NCBI GenBank assembly: GCA_050084515.1
Contig: CM114271.1
Location: 5,518,001 to 5,582,000 of the forward strand
DNA length: 64,000 bases
DNA from: Blasia pusilla
Taxonomy: Eukaryota
Reading direction: 5' to 3'
In this document: one piece after another, positions 50,749-64,000 of the stretch
Position numbering within the stretch: position 1 is the stretch's first letter
How the letters are laid out: every line of letters starts with the position of its first letter
Made by a program: the position numbers and the translations under genes
Notes under the pieces: model-generated
The model's input: only the letters and a program-made list of their open reading frames with translations
Database searches by the model: none
Told to the model about the DNA's origin: nothing

Positions 50749-53700
50749 ATGATCGCCTTTCAGAATATCGTGGCACATGTATAGTTAAAAATGTGCCAGG
50801 CTCTGTCTCTTAGCTCCTTCCATTATCCTGACTTCTTGTCAGACTCTGGCATAGCCTCTAAGCTTCTGGAGCTCTTCAGCCTGCAACCTTTTAAAGTGTC
50901 AGCCTAATTGCGGTAACTCACCAGATATGTAGGGGAGATGAGGGCATGGTCAAAGAATTTCGTCTGCACCGAGCTTTTTCAACTTGGTATGGTGATGTTA
51001 CTCGCTAGTTCTTTTTGGAACTTTTAGTGTAATAACTTATATCGCACCCCTTTTAACCACGAATGTGCCAATGGGTCCATGCCACATCTGCCACTTCCAG
51101 CAGTCATCCATCTTGCCACAAGGTGGGCTTTTGTAGAAAAGGGGGACTGTAGAAATACACGCCCTCAGTTCGAATGAAAGAACTGAGGAGCTTTGCACCC
51201 ATGCTAGCCTAGTCACTTCTAGGAAAGGTTTTCAAACCATGTAATATCCCAGTTTGATCCACTTCGACGTTAACGCCAGTCTAAGGGATTTTCCGTTCAA
51301 TATTTGTGTCCAAAATGAGTCTGTTTCGTGCATTGACGTGTAGGTGTTTTTCCATCGCGCTTGCCTGATATCTTTAAAAGCGTGTACTCTAGAGCTGTAG
51401 TCTTTCGCACCTTCAATGATGGTTATATTCGGTCATTGTGAAGAATTGGGCCTCTCAAATGTACTCCCCCACATACTGGTATATGACCCAACTTTCTCGT
51501 CATGAAAGAAAAGGAAAGTCTCACGATAAGACACCTCAACCTATTCCCGGGCCTCCCCAAACATCCCTGAATTTCGAAGGACGCCAACCGAGTAACATCT
51601 CCTCCAAGGCATCTACGAACGTCGATTTCAAGTCACGTCTGTGAATCCATTGTCACAGGGTAAGTGAGCGGGATTGGGGGATGAGAGAACACACCAGGTC
51701 GAGAGTTATTGTATGTACCGTCTGGTACTCTTTTGGGTGGTAACCATTAATACCATACAGAAAAGTACAGTCGGTTTTCATTCGTTTGTACCATGTGTCC
51801 AATGATCACACGTCGGGAAATACTCCACACCCATCACTTTCTCTTCCAAGTATGGAAAGCACTCGTTCACTACCGACCCGTACGTGGGCATGCCGAAAAT
51901 ATGTCCTCGCGAGTGGTAGGACTGGCATGTAGAAGCTAAACCTTCTACATGTACGTATCACTTTCAGTGAACAGCTCTCCAAAAGCCACCGGTTTCCTCT
52001 CACGAGACCGATGGCATCTTCAAGTTAATGCAAACGCTTCTCTCCACTTCTTAGCGTCCTTGCTTACATTGAGCGATTCCTTGCTTACATAACAAGCCGG
52101 AGAACTATGCGACGGATGAATCGTTGGCATGGCCAGTGGATGCACCGCCTCATCCAGATGCCCGAACGTATTTCCTAGTATTTATGAACCACATGAGTTC
52201 TGTACTACCTCGGACGATGATCATATACGATCTCCCGGACAATACCGTAGGCCCTCACAACGCAAATGCGGACACCTGTGAAATCCTCCCTCCACTTCGC
52301 AGATGCGAGCGCAGGCGAAGTTACCGACAAGTATCCCACTCCCTCTCTTCGCTCTTCACGGGCAAGTCCGAATGATATATCCACTGTATTATAAAAGAAA
52401 CCTCAGAAGAGGACAAAGAAAGTCCGAATGGGATCCTCCTTCTCAAAACAAGCGACTCCTTCTGGATGCCTCCACGTAGAGCGGAGGGCGAAGGTTACGT
52501 GGTGAAGTCGGGCAGGGCAAGGGCAGCCCTGGGTGGGTCGAGGAGGGAGTTTGGACCCAACCCGAGGTCTGGTATGTGTATTAACCAGAGGACGTATACG
52601 CGCGGAGCGAAACGCCTAATTTATCCAACCTTTTTGACATGCGGTGTAGAACAGCATGGATGATTTGACATCTATCCAACTTTTCCAAATATACTCGCCC
52701 CCACATGTGCAACGTTTGACCCGAAGGACCACATGCATTCGCTCATGGTGACCACATGAATGAACGCTTGTGCATGTCGCTAAGCCCAGACAGGCTAACC
52801 GAGAGATCTATCGGGGATTCGAGGTACGAAGGAAAAGCCACGCAGACGCCGCCCAAAAACACCATCTCTGCTCGCACGTGGAAAGACGGGTGTTTCGGAC
52901 TACTGAAAAGATTCCAAGGTAGACGAGATTTGTTACATGCACCATACTTACACACAAACATGCACGGATTCGCTCTCCTCGCGCAATGCTCGTGTTGCTT
53001 GTGGCGAGACATAAGAAGTCAGCAACTGTACGAGCACGCTGGTGAGATCCATGTTTCACCTCCAGATCTTGGTCTGGTCTGGTCTGGTCTGGTCTCGTCT
53101 TGAGGTACAGTCGAGCGCTCCCGAGAGCACATCGAGTAGTGCTCGAAAGCCATTGTCGAGCAACACCTTCGGCTCTTTCGGTTGTCGGGGCCCGCCCCAC
53201 TGCGGATGCCCTGCAATAGCACCAGATGAGCAAGGTCGGCGACAGCTGCGTTGTTGATAGCATAGATAGACATTACGGGTAGGAATGTCACCGGCAGACA
53301 GAGGGCAGAGAGGGATTCAGATGTCTGAATCCTCGCCACACCATGTAGTTAGGTAGATGAAAAGTGAATTCTCGGAGTAGCGTAAGATCACGGAAAGATT
53401 ATTCATCAGATGGAAATGCACACCTCTACGACACTCAAGGATAGTAAAGACTTTTGACTACTGCAGGAATGGGGTGAGGAAGATCAAATGCTCTTTCTAC
53501 ATGACTCGTAAGTCTGTAAAGCCTGTTCGTTACCTCCGAGTCGCTGCAGAAGTTGTGGGCCCAGTAATGGCCCTCATCATCCACCACCGATTGGAACTAG
53601 TCGTCGTCGGAAGCAACGCATAGTGCGGGCCAGGGAAGTGGGTTCTGCCACCCGTTTAGGGTTATACAATGGACCTCATAAAATTATGATGGTCTACGGC

Positions 53701-53922
53701 TTCCACTCGATAGAGGGAGGGTATGCTCCCGGTGGTGTCAGAAAAGAAACTCCTGGCATCATAAATCACACGGTCGACAACCCTTTGTGTAGCAGTTGAG
53801 TTGCAGCCATGTGACTGAGAATTTGAATGTGCATTTCCGAACTGTGGCATTCTGATGGTTTCTGTGGATCTCGTTGACTTCCGGAATTCTCACATCAACC
53901 AGCTAATGGAGTTAGGCTGAGC

Positions 53923-54720
53923 GAGAGAGACTGTACTCATTAAGTAGTGCCTGTCGTAGCCTTGCGACCATAGACAAGCAAGTCTCAACCACCGCCCTGG
54001 TTGGACGGTGCTTGAGACTGGGATGGGTGTAGAGAGAGGAGCAAGTGAAGAAGGTACCATATGAGAGGAGGGAGAGAGAGAGTACTCATTAAGCCTGTCG
54101 GGTTTGCCAGTGCTTGAGACTGGGATGGGTGTAGAGAGAGGAAGAAGTGAAGAAGGTACTCTCAAATAGCGAAAGGTGGTCCTCCTCTCAAATATGAGAG
54201 GAGGAGGAGGAGGAGGAGCACTCTCAAATAGTGTGAGTGCTGAGCTAACCATACGAAGCGTTGGTGCGGAGCTTCCCAGTGTCAATCGGGAAGCTCTTAC
54301 CTGATTGGGATCCCCAATAAACATTGCTTACGAGTGCAGTAGCTTTGGGCTGTGAATCTAGGCTAACAATTCTGGTGTTACCAGCTTAGCAATGTCATCG
54401 TATGCTCTATGAATTTGTTGCAGGAGACCAAGCAGTGACTAGAGGTTTCATCGCCATCATCACACAAGGCGCAAGAGTTTAATTGTGCTCCCATCCTGCT
54501 TTTCTTATGGTTCAAGGAGATATCCCCCGTCCTAAACTTGAACTTAAGCCGGGTTCCCACGCAAGGGATTCCCCGCAAATAGTTCTGCTTGTTCAGGGAG
54601 GAGGGAGAGACACTCGTCCAGGGGCCGATAATACTCCAAAGCTCCGACGAGAGCGCTACCTGCCCTTTGTTCAGCCATTGATCCATCATCAATTACGGAA
54701 ATTGTCACAACCACTGATTT
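53923..54720 (-). mobile_element. 5'-truncated LINE: ORF2 C-terminal Cys/His domain plus a tandemly duplicated 3' end
   Basis: ORF 54378-54692 has LKFKFRTG...CALCDDGDETSSHCLVSC (LINE CCHC-like). Two successive 3'-end units each finish in TTAATGAGTAC followed by a short CT run. Confidence 0.75.
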
Positions 54721-55257
54721 GTGAGACACCAGGCATACATGAATTTGAACATATCTTTCAAGGAACGTATCAAGACAAGTAAGAGTTCAAGCTTGACAAC
54801 ATGCCCGTCACAAAAGCGATCGCTTCGAGCTTTTCCTCGTCACTGCCGATATTTCAATCTTCGAGTTTTGGTACCGCGGTAAAAGAGGAAAATGGGGGCC
54901 AACATCTTGAAGGCGGAACTTCCTTTAAACAGGCGTACAATTTGACTCAAATTTGCAAATCGCCACTTCAAAGCTTAGTTGAATTCAAAGAATGGTGGCT
55001 CAATGTCGTTTCCCACTCACGTTGCGAAGGGATAGTGAAGTTAAGCAACTGAAACGAGCAAACCAGACGTCTTGCTGTTTAGAAAGTACATCCGACTGTC
55101 TGCTCTCTTTGAAGCTTCAAAGACTGACTTCAACATATTCTGTACAGACCACATGCTCTTCCGCACGTGGATGAAGAGAGGGGACAGAATTTCTGGAAGA
55201 AAATAGGAGACGTGTGCAGAGAAGACTGTAAACGAGAATGGAGGCCTGAGGTGAGGA

Positions 55258-57910
55258 TCATTTAATGCGGAAGCGGAAGGTGAACTTGACGGACTTGGGA
55301 TCGCCGGCTTTGCGCTTGGCGGTGAGTTTAACTGTCGCACCATGGGCCAGCAAGCGTTGTAAGATACGGGCGATATTGTGGGAATCGTCTAGACCTACAT
55401 GGTGTGTTCCCTCCATAGGCATCTTCAAGCCTTTCATCATCGCCAGCATGCCTCCAGCCTGCACACACATGGAAAGGGACCACCAGTGCTCACAATCTTC
55501 TACTTTGCAGTATTTGCACCAGCTTACCATCATGAGATGCAGAGGCACCAATATATCGCACGCTTCTCATATACCGTACGTACGTACAACACATGATCGT
55601 TCTGAGGAGGTCACTTTCGAGAAAACGACAAGGATTTTGCACCTGTCAGCTACATTACGATCACGTTTCAAAGCAAACAGATATTGCAGTGGTTTGTAAA
55701 GGGAAAGGTTCACTTACCCTGAATTTGTAGAAGTTGAAGAATATATCTTTCAGGTTGATCCATTCATTGAAGTATGGCGGTAACTCGATCTCGGAAGTTA
55801 CGCACTGCTCTGGAATCTTGGTCTTCACGTCCCAATTGCCGCTGAAGTGAAGAAACAAGATGAGTAACGTGTCATTGTCAGCCGATGCTGAATAGCCACG
55901 GTGTATCGAAATATCCAGAATATCATGACTGTGCGGGAACTCTTTTGTAAGGTATTACAGAGTTCTGCCGAATTCAAACAAGCGGAAATGGAAGATGTTT
56001 GAGACGCTAAATTCAATTGACTCAGAAAAAATAATTCCACTTCTGCTATTGAAGGTCTGGACCGAGCTTGAGTCGGAAGGTTGGGGTTGAAGTCATCATA
56101 CCATGTGACAAACGCAGCACTCTTCATCTTTCCTGAACTTTGAGGGTCCCAGACGCCATGGGCATTCAACCATTTTTCAAATCCTAGAAGCACATCCGTG
56201 AACGGAATTGCCGTATCATGCCAAACCCTGAGATAGTCACGCACAGCCCCCTTTGAGACCAATGATTCCCTCGCAATGCACTGACGCAAAAACGCAGGGA
56301 AGCTGATGTGACACTAAAATTGACGGGAGAAAAAGCTGGCTTCATCCACCTTGCAAGTAACAGATTGCTACATATGATATCACAGCGCGGGGGAAGAGCG
56401 GAAAAGATACGAAATTCAAGCTCAAGCTCGGTACAGCCAATAAGCCGAAGGAAGAAAGAGTGAACGGACCTCACCTATCTAAGCCCCATCTACCGTATTT
56501 ATTTTTTATGTAGTCTTCAATTCGTTCCTCACTCATCTTTGCAGGTCTCACAAACCTGCGACACAGATACAACCGCAGATGCCCTTTCCGTCAATACAAA
56601 GACACAGCATCAAAACGAAAAAGATCACGCACCTGGCTCCGCAGAAAGCAATTGACTGAACTGAGTCGACGTAAGCATAATTATTCGAGCGCTGTTTGGA
56701 TCAGATGCGAAAGGGAAAAGGTGACATTGTTTGGTGATGTGTATGAATATTCCATCAAGGATTTAAATTTCCGTTTACGACTGGAGATCCATTCCGACTT
56801 TGCTCTGTGATCACAGTAGATCTTACTGGACGAGGAATTGTATATGAGTGATAGCTGGTACGAATTTAGTGACAAGAGTAGAAAAGTCAAATACATACCG
56901 ATGGAACCGATCCACAACTCGCAACGATTTAGCGTCGACCATCAAAACTGGGAACTCCAATATCTCCACCATGCCCTCCAAGTCCAGCACCAAGAAATAA
57001 TCGAAGGGCTGAGATTTCACCTTCTTCAAGTCTTCTGATCTCACAGACATGTCTGGCCACTCGTGAGTGAATTTCGCCATATGCTCCGTATCATCCCCCT
57101 GAATTTCACAGAAAATCATTCAATCTGCCGATAACTCCATTTGTTTCCACAACCGTCTTTTGGATTCAATATCGAGCGCTAAGATAACGAACGCAAAGCT
57201 CCGGGACCAATGATTGAAAGATTCAGGAGAACAAAATCCTTCTGAGAAGCGGTAGTAAAATCGCTTTCTGCTCGGGCTGACCAAAGAACGAATCGGATTC
57301 CCTTCTTTCGTTCTGACTTGAGAATCATTTCCAAGATAACAGCAATACGTACCATGGTGCACAGACCTTGAGAGAAGTAGTAGCAGAATCGCTTTCTACT
57401 AATCTTGCGTCTTCCGACAGGAAGTTGTGTTTCAGCGACTCTCGGCAATTCCTTTATTGTTGCTTCTGGAACTACCAGTGATCCAAGCGCAGCGGTAGGG
57501 GACACCGCTCCGATCTCGTTTTCCAACTCCACCACTGACGTCGAAATGCGCGCCTCATCAAAATGTGACGTACAAAACCTGGTGACTTTCACCAGGTTTT
57601 CGCCTTTGCTCCGAAATCTAACTCGGTCGAAATCCAAGACTGAAACTCTCCGCAGCTGTTGGATTCCAAGAGAATTTGTTTGACAGGACGAATCGAACTC
57701 CGGCAGTAGGAAGCCAGCATGCCAACCTTTTGAAGCAGAGAGGTATCCCATCTCTCCCATGGCGGAGAAGCTCCATCTTCGAGAGAGAAACGTGCATTTA
57801 ATTGAAGAACTCCCCGGACGAGAGCTGGCGCAAGAAATCGGTGAGAATCGTGAGAAGCAGGGGCCCAAGAGCACAGGAAGCATCAGAGCCGACCGCGCTG
57901 TGGCCGCCAT
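55258..57910 (-). CDS. ERL1: ERI-1-like DEDDh 3'-5' exoribonuclease (At3g15140/ERL1-like), probable organellar transit peptide. Exons 57910-57353, 57098-56899, 56555-56475, 56227-56102, 55841-55718, 55458-55258
   Basis: Spliced frame: YFLVLDLEG..EILEFPV (ExoI), FHRFVRP, FVTCGNWDVKTKIP (ExoII), WINLKD, GTHHVGLDDSHNI (ExoIII). Ser/Arg-rich N-terminus. Cys/His motif CYYFSQGLCTMGDDTEH. Confidence 0.9.
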
Positions 57911-58123
57911 GAGCTCCGCAGTATGGAAAGGGCAACGATACCCTCTACCATCCCATCCAGTATACCATGTCGTATTATTTTAGGTCTGAGCAATACTGCC
58001 GGATATTGAGGTGTCGGGGACTTCCTCCATCTCTCCACATTTCGATCGGGCAAGCAGAGAACGTTGCGGAGTGCTACTAGTTGCGTTTCTTTCTGCCTCA
58101 CCATCGCAAAGCTAGACACAAAA

Positions 58124-58561
58124 ATGGTGGTAGTGTGGCTGCTGTTGATAGGAAGCGTGTGGGGAACGACGAATGCTTTCATCAAGCGCGGGGCTTTCAT
58201 AGCGCAAGAGAAGGAGAAGCGGCGCAAGGAGAAGCGGAAGGCTGGGGAGAACACAAGAACCAACGCTTTCCGGCTCGTGCCTTTCGTCGAGGACTGGATT
58301 CATCTTCTCTGCGTGTGGGAGTATTCGATCCCATTCTTGGTGAATTTATCAGCGTCGATTTTGTTTTTTAAGAAGTTGGGAGACAGTCCAATTAACATCG
58401 CGGTGCCCGTGACAAACGCTACAACCTTCGCCGTGACGGCGATCGCGGGTGCGGCGCTGGGAGAGCGCATAGAAGTTCCCAAGGCAATGTTGGGCATTGC
58501 GTTGATTGTGGTAGGAATTGTGTTGTGCATCGCTCCTGGTATCATGACCAAAGACGGTTGA
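58124..58561 (+). CDS. TMEM234: TMEM234-family small membrane protein (DMT superfamily), intronless
   Basis: LLIGSVWGTTNAFIKRG...YSIPFLVNLSASILFF..LGDSPINIAVPVTNATTFAVTAIAG..LGE are TMEM234 signatures. ATG in a good AAAATGG context. Confidence 0.9.
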   Translation: MVVVWLLLIGSVWGTTNAFIKRGAFIAQEKEKRRKEKRKAGENTRTNAFRLVPFVEDWIHLLCVWEYSIPFLVNLSASILFFKKLGDSPINIAVPVTNATTFAVTAIAGAALGERIEVPKAMLGIALIVVGIVLCIAPGIMTKDG

Positions 58562-58946
58562 TGTACTGCTCATGTCATCAATAATTCTGAGAAGTCTCTC
58601 TTAATCTTTGATTCTCTCTCTCTCTCTCTCCAAATCGAAATTCCGCACCCTTCGTGATGGTGGGCATGAAATTTCCAGTCACTCTATGTGCACTTGTGTG
58701 CGAAATGTACAACACAAAGAGCAACAACCTAAGCTCTGATTGCGAATCTGATATCACCAGAGCTGTTCGTCACGTTCGGTAGCCTACGTTAATTTCCAGA
58801 AACTGCTGCCGCGCTTAGTATTTGTAATTCTAATCAGGTAAGGTGAATCTGGTTGTGAAGAGTTTTCCTTGCCTAATACCTCGAAGCTCCGCACCAACTC
58901 TGCATTGTGAGCACACAATATATGAAGTGTCGAGGGAACTGGTAAG

Positions 58947-59018
58947 CATTGCGCCGATTGTGGTGGGAATTGTGTTGTTCATCGCTCCTAGTGTCCGACC
59001 GAAGACGTTTGATGCACT
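58947..59018 (+). pseudogene. Short duplicated fragment of the TMEM234 3' end
   Basis: GCATTGCG..GATTGTGGT.GGAATTGTGTTGT.CATCGCTCCT.GT.TC..GACC.AAGACG.TTGATG.ACTG repeats ~58494-58568. Confidence 0.8.
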
Positions 59019-60854
59019 GACAGTCCATGCCTTCCTGCTCCTGGCGCACCCGTTCTAGTCTCAGCACCGTCCGACCCCCTCAGGGCTTAGGGCCTACGGT
59101 CTCTCTCATGCATCCGCAGAGGTGGTCGTTAGGACTGAAGACGAGTTTGCTCATTCTGAAGTCGTGGTTGGAGCGGCTTTGGCTAGTCCACCAGTCGGAA
59201 AAAGCTTGGGCTACATTTGTGTGCCACAACGCGAACGGAGCGAGAGTTCACGAAAGATAAATCGAATCCGAACCGAAGAGAGCTGTGTAGAGACAGCTGT
59301 AGTGATAGAGTAGATGCTACATGGATTCGCCAACTGTAATGGAGGAACGATGAGCGGAGGCTCTGGTTTGTGCTCATTCGTGAAATCCCGTGCTTTATCT
59401 TTTCATTCCGTTGTCCGACTTCATGGAACGAAATCGTCACCGGCGATCTGAAGATCGCATAATATGGTCCGAGAAACCGAACCGAATCGAGGCCCCTTTG
59501 GGCATCAGAGACTTGAGAAATACGTAGAGTCCCCCCTTCTCGCATTTCTAGGATTTTCAGCGACACATGACTTCTTCAAACATCTTTCAGAAATTCCGCA
59601 ATTGCGAGAAGCTCGTGCAGTTGGCAACACACGGGTTCTTGGAGCATCCATCAGGAGTTTCGCATTTGCGATCAAGCTCATATAGACCCAAACTACACAC
59701 ATCGACATACGTCACAGTGCAGCATGTCGCACAAGTCCTATTGAGCACCAACCGAACAGGCAGCTGTGACTAATATTCTACCTCAAAGTGTAGACGGGCG
59801 TCCCTTTCAGCTCGGTCAGAGAATCATTCGTAAGGCAACCCAATCAGTAGAACCACTGGTGATATTTCTCAGGTTGATTTTCAGACTGCCTCGAGATCCA
59901 CCGTAACTTACATTCAAACCACTCCAGAGAGAAAACTCCCAAGGATTACTCAACACGAGCACTATAATTTAATCATTTGGAAACCCTCTCCAGATTTGCT
60001 GACAACTTCCCCATGCTAGGTTGTATGCGTGGCATGACACTTTTTTGAAGTATCCTTTGAACAAACTGGAATGTCAACAACTCCAGTTCGAATTCTCTTC
60101 AGTTGCTCGAACTGAAGAGAATTCAGTTCCAGCATTCAGACGTCGAATGTGAGGACAATAGTGCTTGGTCATTATCTGAAACATTGACGATATTAGTCCA
60201 TAAAGTGGAGGGGTCGGTGTATGATCTTCGACTCAAGGACAGGCCCTGCAAGTGTTTCTCTGCTTCATTTCAAAGGTCTGTGTATGATATTCATTTCAAA
60301 GACTTCTCTAAAGTAGGAATCACACATATTACTACTCCTGAGTAGTAATATGTGTAGATTCCTACTCAGCTTCAATTCAAACCTTTTGGAATACTCCACA
60401 ATCGAGGTGTGAGGCTTCATACAATAAACAGGAGGGGTTGCTCTAGACCCATGGCGTCCAGAGCTTCTTTCCAAGATGAACGCTGGGCCTTGAGGACCCC
60501 AGGATCGTGCTTCGATTACTTCCAACTCTGGAACGATGTCATTCGTATGTCGGGCCGATAATTTTCACGTTATCTGGGATAGGTATGCGTGGCCCCAAAA
60601 CTTCCAAATGATTTTCACGTCTAAGCAGGCCAAATCACGGGTGCATCGGTTTCGTTTCCTTTTATGACTTCTGAGCATTTGGTGTGAAACAAGTTTTACT
60701 ACTTATCCAAATTTTTGAACTGAGGATTGCATGTCAAAACCAGGAATAGATCCATACGTCTGAAATTCAATCAAGAGAGAAACATGCGCGCACATCACTC
60801 ATCCATGAATTGAGAGGGTAGAACATGTAATTTTTCATTTCCAGAATGCAGTCT

Positions 60855-61186
60855 CTAACTCATGAGGTGGAATCCACTCACGAGGTTGAATTTCGCGTGG
60901 ATTATACAGCTCATCATGGGATCCACACCGGGAGGCCAATCATGCATCTATTCCTGTGACAAACCGGCGTGAGCCTCTCCAAAAATGTCTATGAGGTGGA
61001 ATCCACTCACTCATGAGGTGGAATCCACTCACTCATGAGGTGGAATCCACTAACTCATGAGGTGGAATCCACTCACGAGGTTGAATTTCGCGTGGATTAT
61101 ACAGCTCATCATGGGATCCACACCGGGAGGCCAATCATGCATCTATTCCTGTGACAAACCGGCGTGAGCCTCTCCAAAAATGTCTA
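60855..61186. repeat. Two identical 137-bp direct repeats (60855-60991 and 61050-61186) separated by tandem 22-bp units
   Basis: The core TGAGGTGGAATCCACT occurs 5 times in total. The long copies appear identical by eye. Confidence 0.92.
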
Positions 61187-61280
61187 AAGTGTTGCAGGGT
61201 GACTAATTTCTTCTTTCGAAAACAATGGACTGTCAGATACAATATGTACAGATTGTGTCGCAGACTGGGCATCATGACGA

Positions 61281-64000
<2,720 letters not shown>

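Noticed and set aside
53019-53339. Small minus-strand ORF with a hydrophobic N-terminus as a CLE/CEP-like peptide precursor
   Set aside because: No convincing CLE or CEP motif, and the ORF runs through a (GGTCT)n microsatellite.
60992-61075. Palindromic 22-bp repeats resembling a CRISPR array
   Set aside because: Units are directly adjacent with no unique spacers, there are no cas genes, and the context is eukaryotic.

Overview
This is eukaryotic land-plant genomic DNA with GT-AG introns and plant-type gene families. The lineage cannot be fixed from the sequence alone; a non-seed plant such as a bryophyte is plausible. Five host genes are recognisable: a 6-exon FEX/CrcB fluoride exporter (+, 10496-13117), a 5-exon DUF4057 gene (+, 47624-50748), an ERI-1-like DEDDh exoribonuclease (-, 55258-57910) head-to-head with an intronless TMEM234 homolog (+, 58124-58561), and the 3' part of CNOT11 (-, 61281-64000). 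Most of 1-7 kb and 16-46 kb is an AT-rich transposon graveyard of LINEs, Copia, Gypsy, MULE and Helitron remnants. The highlight is a GC-rich Ty3/Gypsy element (-, 25433-33233) nested in the protease region of an older Copia with a TAGC target-site duplication. Its polyprotein reads Gag-protease-C5 DNA methyltransferase-RT-RNaseH-integrase. The methyltransferase is DNMT3-like, with motifs I (FGG), IV (PCQ), VI (ENV), VIII (RPR), IX and X. This copy is decayed by stops and deletions. All coordinates were counted by hand and may be off by a few bases.
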